Positions 28,504-36,169 of a stretch of DNA of 64,000 nucleotides are shown here, in pieces (within the stretch, counting starts at the first letter, position 1; every line of letters starts with the position of its first letter). The stretch covers positions 14,126 through 78,125 of the forward strand of contig CAJTWM010000014.1 in NCBI GenBank assembly GCA_910579805.1, in the 5' to 3' direction. This stretch comes from an uncultured Lachnospiraceae bacterium. Its GTDB lineage: Bacteria > Bacillota > Clostridia > Lachnospirales > Lachnospiraceae. The notes under the pieces are model-generated. The model made no database searches. It was not told where the DNA came from and saw only the letters and a program-made list of their open reading frames with translations. Made by a program: the position numbers and the translations under genes.

Positions 28504-29316
28504 ATGGCAGAACAATTTGGCAGTACCAGAGACTATGTGGCTTCTGAGGAATTGATGGCGAGCGTCAATATTGCGGTAGCTTTAAAAAAGCCTTTGCTGA
28601 TCAAAGGCGAACCGGGGACAGGGAAGACCATGCTGGCGCAGGCCGTGGCAAATTCCATGGGGAAACGGCTGATCATTTGGAATATCAAGTCTACGACGAA
28701 AGCGCAGGAAGGGCTTTATACTTATGATACGATACAGCGTCTTTATGACGGACAGTTCGGAGAAGAGGGTGTAGACGATATTGCAAGATATATTAAACTG
28801 GGAAAGCTGGGCGAGGCTTTCGAAGCCGAAGAGCAGGTAGTGCTGCTGATTGATGAGATCGATAAAGCGGATCTGGAATTTCCGAACGATCTTCTTTGGG
28901 AACTGGATCAGATGGAGTTTTATATCCATGAAACGAAAAGAACCGTAAAGGCAAAGCACAGGCCCATCGTGATCATCACTTCCAATGCGGAGAAAGAGCT
29001 GCCGGACGCTTTCCTTAGAAGATGTATCTTTCATTATATTGATTTCCCGGATAAAGAGCTTATGGAAGAGATCGTAAAGACACATTTCCCGCAGGTAGAG
29101 GAAAACCTGATGAAGAACGCCATGGAGGTCTTTTATTGGATCAGGGATATCAGGGACGTAAGAAAAAAACCGAGTACTTCCGAGCTGATTGACTGGATCA
29201 ATGCGCTTCAGATCGGCGGGATACCGGCAGACAGACTGAAAAAGGAACTGCCGTTTTTAGGAGTAATGGTAAAAAAAGACGAAGATTTGGACTCTGTGAA
29301 AAAAAGGGTTGAGTAG
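28504..29316 (+). CDS. MoxR-like AAA+ ATPase (AAA_5, CbbQ/NorQ-like)
   Basis: Walker A 'GEPGTGKT' and Walker B 'VLLIDEIDK', with a sensor region. The start is chosen 7 nt after GGAGG. Confidence 0.85.
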   Translation: MAEQFGSTRDYVASEELMASVNIAVALKKPLLIKGEPGTGKTMLAQAVANSMGKRLIIWNIKSTTKAQEGLYTYDTIQRLYDGQFGEEGVDDIARYIKLGKLGEAFEAEEQVVLLIDEIDKADLEFPNDLLWELDQMEFYIHETKRTVKAKHRPIVIITSNAEKELPDAFLRRCIFHYIDFPDKELMEEIVKTHFPQVEENLMKNAMEVFYWIRDIRDVRKKPSTSELIDWINALQIGGIPADRLKKELPFLGVMVKKDEDLDSVKKRVE

Positions 29317-29319
29317 CCT

Positions 29320-30525
29320 ATGTTTAGTAAATTTTTTTATACCTTGAAAGAATTTGGTCTGAATATTACGCTCAGCGAGTGGCTGACTCTGCAGGAGGCT
29401 TTGGATAAGGGACTGTGCGAGAGCAGCCTTACCGCATTTTACTATATGGCAAGAGCGATTCTGGTAAAAAGCGAAACGGAGTATGACAAATTCGACATGG
29501 CGTTCGAAAGAGATTTTAAAGCAATACAGCACGAGCCGGAGCTGACAAAGCAAATGCTGCGGTGGCTGGATAAATCGGATGAAGAACCGGATGAACGGCT
29601 GAGTAACGAGGAACGTTACTGGCTGAGTAATGAAGAAACGCTGATAGAAAAAGAAGATATCGAGCAGAAATTTAAAGAACGCTTAAAAGATCAGGACAGC
29701 GAACATAACGGGGGCAGTTACTGGATCGGTACGATGGGAAAAACGTCTTTTGGAAATACGGGCGGAAATGTGGGCGGTGTGCGCGTAGGCGGAAAGACCG
29801 GTTTTCAGTCGGCATTTGCTGTTGTGGGAGAGAGAAAATACAGGGATTTCAGGGACGATAAAGTATTGGATAACCGGCAGTTTCAAATGGCTCTTAGAAA
29901 ACTGCGTCAATTTTCTACCAAACTGGATATCCCGAAAACGGAACTGGATATCGATCAGACAATAGATAAGACCTGCAATAACGGGGGATGTCTGCAGATC
30001 GTGATGGAGAAGCCGAGAAAAAATGCGGTGAAGCTGTTGCTCTTAATGGATTCGGGGGGGACTATGATCCCTTATAGCACGCTGTTAACAGAGCTGTTCC
30101 AGTCGGTGCATAAATCCAATCATTATAAAGACGTAAAGACTTATTTCTTCCATAATTGTATCTATTCCCATCTGTATAATACGCCGGAGTGCGAAAACGG
30201 GGACTGGATCGAAACGGAATGGATGTTCAGGAATCTGGACAGCGATTATAAGGTGATCGTCGTAGGAGATGCCGCCATGGCGCCTGAAGAATTGTATTCC
30301 GACAGCGGAAATTACAGAGGGCCGAACAACGGGCTTTCCGGAGAGGAATGGCTGCTGCAGTTAAAGAGACACTACAAGAAAATAGTCTGGCTCAACCCTA
30401 AAATGGCGCCGGGACATGCGCCGTGGCGGGAGGCGGAAACGGCAATCAAGGCGATCTTTCCTATGTATAAGCTGACGGTTGACGGTTTAAATCAGGCTAT
30501 GGCAAAATTAATGGTTAACAAATGA
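29320..30525 (+). CDS. VWA-domain protein (CoxE-like), the cognate partner of the MoxR ATPase
   Basis: It lies 3 nt downstream of the ATPase. 'LLLLMDSGGTM' resembles a DxSxS MIDAS motif. The size and pairing are typical of MoxR-VWA modules. Confidence 0.75.
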   Translation: MFSKFFYTLKEFGLNITLSEWLTLQEALDKGLCESSLTAFYYMARAILVKSETEYDKFDMAFERDFKAIQHEPELTKQMLRWLDKSDEEPDERLSNEERYWLSNEETLIEKEDIEQKFKERLKDQDSEHNGGSYWIGTMGKTSFGNTGGNVGGVRVGGKTGFQSAFAVVGERKYRDFRDDKVLDNRQFQMALRKLRQFSTKLDIPKTELDIDQTIDKTCNNGGCLQIVMEKPRKNAVKLLLLMDSGGTMIPYSTLLTELFQSVHKSNHYKDVKTYFFHNCIYSHLYNTPECENGDWIETEWMFRNLDSDYKVIVVGDAAMAPEELYSDSGNYRGPNNGLSGEEWLLQLKRHYKKIVWLNPKMAPGHAPWREAETAIKAIFPMYKLTVDGLNQAMAKLMVNK

Positions 30526-30570
30526 TAAATGAATTTGGTTACAAAAATTAGAATTTTCATTACAATTCAC

Positions 30571-30597
30571 TTCAAATAAGATAAATTGTGCCGATAT
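30571..30597 (+). promoter_or_regulatory. Possible sigma-28 (SigD/FliA)-type -10 element, GCCGATAT, within a motif shared with 31387-31413
   Basis: GCCGATAT at 30590-30597. The upstream 'AAATAAGATAAATTGT' and downstream 'CATAAGGA' are homologous to the second copy. The -35 match to TAAA at canonical spacing is poor. Confidence 0.3.
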
Positions 30598-30636
30598 TAT
30601 CTATAGCATAAGGAAGTGCGAAGGATCTACGAAGAG

Positions 30637-30689
30637 GGTACTGTCATCGAAGGAACGAGGTAAACAGTTTCGGGTGACAGTGCCTTTTT
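30637..30689 (+). terminator. Stem-loop plus T5: a terminator for the MoxR-VWA operon and/or an attenuator or sRNA end downstream of the GCCGATAT motif
   Basis: GGTACTGTCA (30637-30646) pairs with TGACAGTGCC (30675-30684), with one G-U pair. TTTTT follows at 30685-30689. Confidence 0.6.
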
Positions 30690-30802
30690 ATATGTATGGA
30701 GCTGTGCAGGAAAAATGCTGCTAAACAATACAGGGACCGTGCAGCGCAGGGGAGAGAAACGCCGCCCGGTTAAAACGACAGGAATGGGGATGACGATGAA
30801 GA

Positions 30803-31357
30803 ATGAAAACGCTTTGGATAGGCATATGCGATGATGAGAAAAAAATAGAAGATTGTATGAAAGAGATCATAAAACTAAAGCAGGAAGATTACCAGATGCA
30901 CAGATTTCCGGCAAAAAAAGAGTTGTCAGAGGAAAAAGAAAATCCGGATATTTTATTGTTTGCGGTAGAAAAAAGAAAATTTGATAACATCCTGAAGCGG
31001 GTGTCGCAACAGCGGGAAGAAGCCGGACATATTCCACTGATCGTAAAGACCGGAAACAGTTATCATTCGATTCCGCTTGAGAATATTGTTTATGCCGAAA
31101 ATAACGGACGTAAGATCATTCTTCATACCAATGACGACACACTGGAATTTTACGGTAAGATGAACGATCTGGAAGAAGAGCTTGGAGGGGAGTTTTTCAG
31201 GTGCCATAGGGGATATCTGGTGTCCATGGCATATATATCCGGTTATGACAGCGGCAATATCTATTTGAAAAACGGGGACCAGATCTATCTTGCCAAAAGA
31301 AAACTGGCAGAATTTTCCAAAGAATACAGAGCGTATTTAAAACGCAATACTTCATGA
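30803..31357 (+). CDS. LytTR-family DNA-binding protein with a short, atypical receiver-like N-terminus
   Basis: The C-terminus 'IPLENIVYAENNGRKIILHTNDDTLEFYGKMNDLEEELGGEFFRCHRGYLVSMAYI' is a LytTR domain. The N-terminal 'LWIGICDDEKK' starts like a REC domain, but that region is only ~75 aa. Confidence 0.75.
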   Translation: MKTLWIGICDDEKKIEDCMKEIIKLKQEDYQMHRFPAKKELSEEKENPDILLFAVEKRKFDNILKRVSQQREEAGHIPLIVKTGNSYHSIPLENIVYAENNGRKIILHTNDDTLEFYGKMNDLEEELGGEFFRCHRGYLVSMAYISGYDSGNIYLKNGDQIYLAKRKLAEFSKEYRAYLKRNTS

Positions 31358-31386
31358 CGAAAACATGCTAATTTATTGCAGTTTCC

Positions 31387-31413
31387 TTTATAAATATGAA
31401 ATATGGCCGATAT
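31387..31413 (+). promoter_or_regulatory. Second copy of the GCCGATAT-containing motif (possible sigma-28-type promoter)
   Basis: GCCGATAT at 31406-31413, preceded by 'AAATATGAAATATG' and followed by 'AAAACATAAGGA'. It lies ~40 nt upstream of the 31453 ATG. Confidence 0.3.
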
Positions 31414-31452
31414 AAAACATAAGGACAAAAGAGGGAAGAACGGAGGCATTTT

Positions 31453-32169
31453 ATGAAAATATCTAAAAATAATATCGCATTTTCAACGATAAGGGCAAAG
31501 ATGATAAGAAGCAGGAAAACAAAGGGCGGCGGTTTTTACAATACGTCTAAAACCAATAACAGCGTGAAGGCAAGAGCCGCTACGCTGGCGCAGAAAAACG
31601 CGGCTATGGCGCAAAGCGGACGAAGAAAAAGTACGGCTTCTTCCATGCTGGAGGAGACCAGATCCAATTATACGGCAATGAAAAGCGCAGCAGAAGACGT
31701 ACAGTCTTATTTAGGCCATCTTTTGTCTACAAAAGAAGGGTCTTTATTCCAAAAAGCGGAAGAATCCAAAGATACGTCCGGGATCGTAAGCGAGATCAAG
31801 TCTTTTGTAGAAGACTACAACAAGATGGTCAGAAAGATGACCAGCGAAGGCGGCGCAGTAAACGAACTGTATGTCAGACAGCTTAAAGGGCTGGTCGTTT
31901 CGAATAGAAGCAAGTTAGAGAATATCGGTATCACGGAGGATAAAAACGGGCTGCTTACTATTGACAGGGAAAAATTAGAGAGCGCAGACCTTGAAAAACT
32001 GAAAAATGTATTTCAGGGAGAAGACAGCTTTGCCAGCAAGGTGGCGGAGAAGGTTAAAAAAATAGAAGAAAACGCGCAGACGAATCTCAATTCGTTAAAC
32101 AGCGCTACTTACAGTTCTTTATTGGCAAATTACGGGTCAAGCGGAAGTAAATATAACTTTTTGGCTTGA
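31453..32169 (+). CDS. Hypothetical protein with a FliD_C-like (flagellar cap C-terminal) segment
   Basis: GGAGG RBS. 'IKSFVEDYNKMVRKM...LYVRQLKGLVVSNRSKLENIGITEDKNGLLTIDREKLESADLEKLKNVF' resembles the FliD C-terminal pattern (afV.aYN...GD...lGI....dG.L..D...L). At 238 aa it is far shorter than a real FliD. Confidence 0.45.
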   Translation: MKISKNNIAFSTIRAKMIRSRKTKGGGFYNTSKTNNSVKARAATLAQKNAAMAQSGRRKSTASSMLEETRSNYTAMKSAAEDVQSYLGHLLSTKEGSLFQKAEESKDTSGIVSEIKSFVEDYNKMVRKMTSEGGAVNELYVRQLKGLVVSNRSKLENIGITEDKNGLLTIDREKLESADLEKLKNVFQGEDSFASKVAEKVKKIEENAQTNLNSLNSATYSSLLANYGSSGSKYNFLA

Positions 32170-32234
32170 TGTGGCAGGGACCGGGCATTCGAAAACGGAG
32201 GGGCAGGTCTGTAACGGGGATGGAGGTTTATGGA

Positions 32235-32912
32235 ATGGGAATATCAAGAATAGGATATTTTAATACATTTTACGGCGGCAGTACAACGGCAGGAAGCGGT
32301 ACTAAAAAGATGAACGGCTATTTGGGAAAGTATGAAGAATCTTTGACGCCGGGACAGGAGCAGGATAAAGACGGACTTCTGGCAAAGCAGGAGAATGTGA
32401 AAACGGGACAGACCGAGGTAATAAGAGGAATGCGTCTGAGAGACCATTTAAGCGGTAAAGACGACCAAGCGCCCTATTATTTCCTATCGGAGGACGGGAT
32501 CATCGATTATAACGGGGTGATTTTCGTATGTGACACAGAACATAATCAGCTTCATCTGGGAGATACGTCCGACTCCAAAAACTGTCTGACCATCCCGTTG
32601 TCAAAGGGCGGCAGCCTTGTAGTGAACAGGAATAACATTGATCAGTTGTCCAAAGCGATATCCATGTTTTCGCCTGAAGACATCAATCTGATCATGAGAG
32701 CCCTTGCGGTAGATGCAAAAGCAAGGCAGACCCTTGAAGAGATCGAAGACGAGGAATGCTCCGTAGGGGAAGAAATCTCCGAAGGAGAGGAAAACGGTAC
32801 GGAAAAGGGCGTAAACAACGACGACGGCGTTTCCGTATTGGAAACGGTAGGATCAAGCGGCGAATGGAGATCGGAAGTTTATCAGAGCATGACTTATGAA
32901 AAGAAAGATTGA
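32235..32912 (+). CDS. Hypothetical protein with an acidic C-terminus
   Basis: ORF with GGAGG 8 nt before the ATG at 32235; the track start at 32166 overlaps the previous gene. No motif recognised. Confidence 0.5.
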   Translation: MGISRIGYFNTFYGGSTTAGSGTKKMNGYLGKYEESLTPGQEQDKDGLLAKQENVKTGQTEVIRGMRLRDHLSGKDDQAPYYFLSEDGIIDYNGVIFVCDTEHNQLHLGDTSDSKNCLTIPLSKGGSLVVNRNNIDQLSKAISMFSPEDINLIMRALAVDAKARQTLEEIEDEECSVGEEISEGEENGTEKGVNNDDGVSVLETVGSSGEWRSEVYQSMTYEKKD

Positions 32913-32937
32913 CAAACGGATCGGTCTGCGTTACAAT
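32909..32937 (+). promoter_or_regulatory. SigA-type promoter of the tyrS T-box leader
   Basis: TTGACA (32909-32914), 17 bp, TACAAT (32932-32937). Confidence 0.7.
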
Positions 32938-32944
32938 CTTGGCA

Positions 32945-33220
32945 TAAAGAAAAGGCTATGAAGAGAACAAGTAATAACAGGCGGAAGAAACAGAAAGCAG
33001 CCGGATGATGAGAGGCGCATCGGAAACAGGTTATGAATACATCTCGGAGCTGCACACCGAACAGATAAGAGTAGGATGTGACGGGGCGTGTGTCCGTTAT
33101 TACACAAAAGTATCGTTTCGGCTGTACTTGCTAAGGCAGATAATGTGAGTTATCTGTGAATGAAGGTGGTAACACGGGAGCTTTGGCCTCGTCCTTTTTA
33201 TAAAAGGACGAGGTTTTCTT
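32945..33220 (+). promoter_or_regulatory. T-box riboswitch leader with a tyrosine specifier (UAC)
   Basis: Stem I has AGAGA and AGUA elements (32961-32975). The specifier loop '..AUGAAUACAUC..' has UAC at 33038-33040 followed by a purine. The T-box sequence 'AAGGUGGUAACACGGG' is at 33163-33178. The terminator is CCTCGTCCTTTT (33187-33198) with AAAAGGACGAGG (33202-33213) plus a T-run. tyrS follows. Confidence 0.88.
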
Positions 33221-33322
33221 TATGCGCAGACCCGTGCAGAAAAACTTCCCTTTGATTTACTGAAAATCTATATAAGGACACACGGAAAATCAGCGTAGGA
33301 CGCTTTGGAATGGAGGAAAAAA

Positions 33323-34546
33323 ATGACGGTATTTGAGGAATTGAAAAAAAGAGGGCTGCTTGCCCAGCTTACGGACGAAGAGGAGATCAAAGAATTGATC
33401 AATAACGGAAAGGCAACATTTTATATCGGCTTTGATCCTACGGCAGACAGCCTGCATGTAGGACATTTTATGGCGCTGTGCCTGATGAAAAGGCTGCAGA
33501 TGGCAGGAAATAAACCGATTGCGTTGATCGGAGGCGGCACTGCCATGATCGGAGATCCATCGGGACGGACGGATATGCGTTCCATGATGACAAAAGAAAC
33601 GATCGATCACAATTGTGAGTGCTTTAAGAAACAGATGAGCCGGTTTATTGATTTTTCGGAAGGGAAAGCGTTAATGGTAAACAATGCGGATTGGCTGCTT
33701 GATTTAAATTACGTTGCATTTATCCGTGACATCGGGGCGCATTTTTCAGTAAACCGGATGCTTTCTGCAGAATGTTATAAACAGAGGATGGAAAAGGGCC
33801 TCAGCTTTTTGGAATTTAACTACATGATCATGCAAAGCTATGATTTCCTTTCACTTTATGAAAAATACGGCTGTAATATGCAGTTTGGCGGGGACGATCA
33901 GTGGAGTAACATGCTAGGAGGAACGGAACTGATACGCCGTAAGCTGGGAAAAGACGCGTATGCCATGACGATTACCCTGCTTTTAAATTCGGAAGGCAAA
34001 AAAATGGGAAAGACCCAGAAAGGCGCGGTATGGCTCGATCCTGAGAAAACGTCTCCTTTTGAGTTTTACCAGTACTGGAGAAACGTTTCCGATGAAGATG
34101 TGCTAAAATGCTTAAGAATGCTTACATTCCTGCCGATAGAGCAGATAGAAGAGATGGAAAGCTGGGAAGGAAGCGAACTGAACCGGGCGAAAGAGATCCT
34201 TGCATACGAACTTACCGATCTGGTGCATGGGGAAGAAGAGGCTAAAAAGGCGCAAGAAAGCGCAAAAGCGCTGTTCAGCAGCGGCAATGCGGCGGATATG
34301 CCGACCAGCGAACTTCAGGAAGAAGATTTCACGGATGGTCAGATCGACATTCTGGCCGTACTCGTAAAGAGCGGGCTGACCGTTTCCCGGTCCGAGGCGA
34401 GGCGGGCCGTAGAGCAGGGAGGCGTCGTTTTTGCAGATGAAAAGGTTACGGATATCAAAGCGGTATATGAAAAAGATACCTTTGCAGGAGAAGGCGTCGT
34501 AGTCAGGCGCGGAAAGAAGAACTTTAAAAAGGTCGTGTTGAAATAG
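33323..34546 (+). CDS. tyrS: Tyrosine--tRNA ligase
   Basis: 'HVGH' (HIGH) motif, 'KMGKT' (KMSKS) motif and a C-terminal S4-like domain '[14 protein letters not shown]'. GGAGG RBS before the ATG at 33323. Confidence 0.95.
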   Translation: MTVFEELKKRGLLAQLTDEEEIKELINNGKATFYIGFDPTADSLHVGHFMALCLMKRLQMAGNKPIALIGGGTAMIGDPSGRTDMRSMMTKETIDHNCECFKKQMSRFIDFSEGKALMVNNADWLLDLNYVAFIRDIGAHFSVNRMLSAECYKQRMEKGLSFLEFNYMIMQSYDFLSLYEKYGCNMQFGGDDQWSNMLGGTELIRRKLGKDAYAMTITLLLNSEGKKMGKTQKGAVWLDPEKTSPFEFYQYWRNVSDEDVLKCLRMLTFLPIEQIEEMESWEGSELNRAKEILAYELTDLVHGEEEAKKAQESAKALFSSGNAADMPTSELQEEDFTDGQIDILAVLVKSGLTVSRSEARRAVEQGGVVFADEKVTDIKAVYEKDTFAGEGVVVRRGKKNFKKVVLK

Positions 34547-34565
34547 AAAAGAAAGGGGCTGTGGC

Positions 34566-35288
34566 ATGATCCATAATGTAGATTCTTACACATCCAATAT
34601 AGCAGGTCAGGAACATAATCTTAAAAACTGCGTTCATAAACATTCGGGCGGTTTTTTGGATATGGATATCAAATTGAAAATGGATTCCGGAAAACCGGAG
34701 AATCTACAGACGGAAGAGACGAAATTGCCGACGTTTGATTTGTTCACGGGCGGTATAAAAAAGATAGTAGGAAAAGGAATCGGGTTTTTGAAAGGAATCT
34801 GGAACGAGCAGGGCGATAACGGACAACGTGCGAGTACCGCTGTAACGGTAAGAGAGGGCGCAGGGAATCTGAACGGAAAGACGAACCAGACCGGGATTGC
34901 CGCCGTTTTAACGGCAGAAGCCGTTGCCGACATCAAACCGCCCAAACAGACGGAGGCGATACAAGAACCCGAAACCGGAAAACGGACGGGGGCGATCCCT
35001 GCGCTGAGGGTGAAGACCGGACAGGCAAGAGAGCGTTTTGCTGCAAAAAAAGACGCTTTTCTGAAAAAAATGAAAGAGACGGCTAAAAACAGACGGGGAT
35101 TTTTTAAGGATAACACGCAGGAAAGGCCGGGGCAGCAAGAGAAACAGACGGAGTGGTTCGAATTGGAGAACATTCATTTGCTGGATTCTTATAACAAAAA
35201 CGGGGAATATACCAATCTGGGCTCTGATGTAAACATACAGGGGTACAGTGGGAATCCCATGCGGGATAATTATTCGTCTAAGGCATGA
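34566..35288 (+). CDS. Hypothetical low-complexity, basic protein; the start is uncertain (alternative ATG near 34662)
   Basis: Called from the ORF only. It is K/R/Q/T-rich and has no recognisable motif. Confidence 0.4.
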   Translation: MIHNVDSYTSNIAGQEHNLKNCVHKHSGGFLDMDIKLKMDSGKPENLQTEETKLPTFDLFTGGIKKIVGKGIGFLKGIWNEQGDNGQRASTAVTVREGAGNLNGKTNQTGIAAVLTAEAVADIKPPKQTEAIQEPETGKRTGAIPALRVKTGQARERFAAKKDAFLKKMKETAKNRRGFFKDNTQERPGQQEKQTEWFELENIHLLDSYNKNGEYTNLGSDVNIQGYSGNPMRDNYSSKA

Positions 35289-35317
35289 AACATGGGGGAT
35301 ATGCTTTCCGATCCCAG

Positions 35318-35346
35318 AAAAAAGGGGCTGCGACAGCCCCTTTTTC
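35318..35346 (+). terminator. Rho-independent terminator
   Basis: AAAAGGGGCTG, loop cga, CAGCCCCTTTTT: a perfect GC-rich stem with an A-run and a T-run on either side. Confidence 0.85.
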
Positions 35347-35462
35347 TTTGGAAATTTTGGACATGAGAGCATGGGAATCAGAATTTAAGAAAATATTAAA
35401 GAAAAGTATAGTTTGTGTTAAAATAAAAATGTTAACGTGAATAAATACAAAGGAGAGGAAAT

Positions 35463-36155
35463 ATGGCAAACATTTTAGTATGTGATGATGACAAAGAGAT
35501 TGTAGAGGCAATAGAAATATATTTATTACAGGAAGGCTACCATATTTTCAAAGCATATGACGGCGAGCAGGCAATAGAAATCTTAAAAAAAGAAGATATT
35601 CATCTGTTGATCATAGACGTAATGATGCCGAAACTGGACGGAATCCATGCCACGCTGAAGATAAGGGAGTATAGCAGTATTCCCATCATTATCCTGTCGG
35701 CAAAATCGGAAGATGCGGACAAGATATTGGGACTTAATATCGGGGCGGACGATTATATGACAAAGCCGTTCAATCCCCTTGAATTGGTGGCAAGAGTCAA
35801 ATCCCATCTTAGAAGATATACCAGTCTGGGTAATTTAAACTCAGATAATAATGCCATGTATACGGTAGGCGGCCTTGTGATCAACGACGAGACCAAAGAA
35901 GTCAGCGTAGACGGAGAAATCGTCAGGCTTACGCCCATTGAATATAATATCCTGCTCCTTCTTGTTAAGAATCAGGGAAGGGTATTTTCCATTAATCAGA
36001 TCTATGAAAGTATATGGAACGAAGACGCCATTGGCGCGGATAATACGGTGGCAGTGCATATCAGGCATATTAGGGAAAAAATAGAGATCAATCCGAGAGA
36101 ACCCAGATATTTAAAAGTAGTGTGGGGCGTCGGGTATAAGATAGAAAAGCAATAG
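35463..36155 (+). CDS. OmpR/PhoB-family response regulator
   Basis: REC: 'ILVCDDDKEIVE...LLIIDVMMPKLDG...LSAKSE'. Winged helix: 'LTPIEYNILLLLVKNQGRVFS...YLKVVWGVGYKI'. Confidence 0.93.
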   Translation: MANILVCDDDKEIVEAIEIYLLQEGYHIFKAYDGEQAIEILKKEDIHLLIIDVMMPKLDGIHATLKIREYSSIPIIILSAKSEDADKILGLNIGADDYMTKPFNPLELVARVKSHLRRYTSLGNLNSDNNAMYTVGGLVINDETKEVSVDGEIVRLTPIEYNILLLLVKNQGRVFSINQIYESIWNEDAIGADNTVAVHIRHIREKIEINPREPRYLKVVWGVGYKIEKQ

Positions 36156-36169
36156 AACGGGGCGTGCGG

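Noticed and set aside
30692-30724. 10-codon mini-ORF (MYGAVQEKCC) upstream of the LytTR gene, considered as an Agr-like autoinducing peptide precursor
   Set aside because: It has no RBS, is far shorter than AgrD-type precursors, and no AgrB-like processing gene or histidine kinase is nearby.
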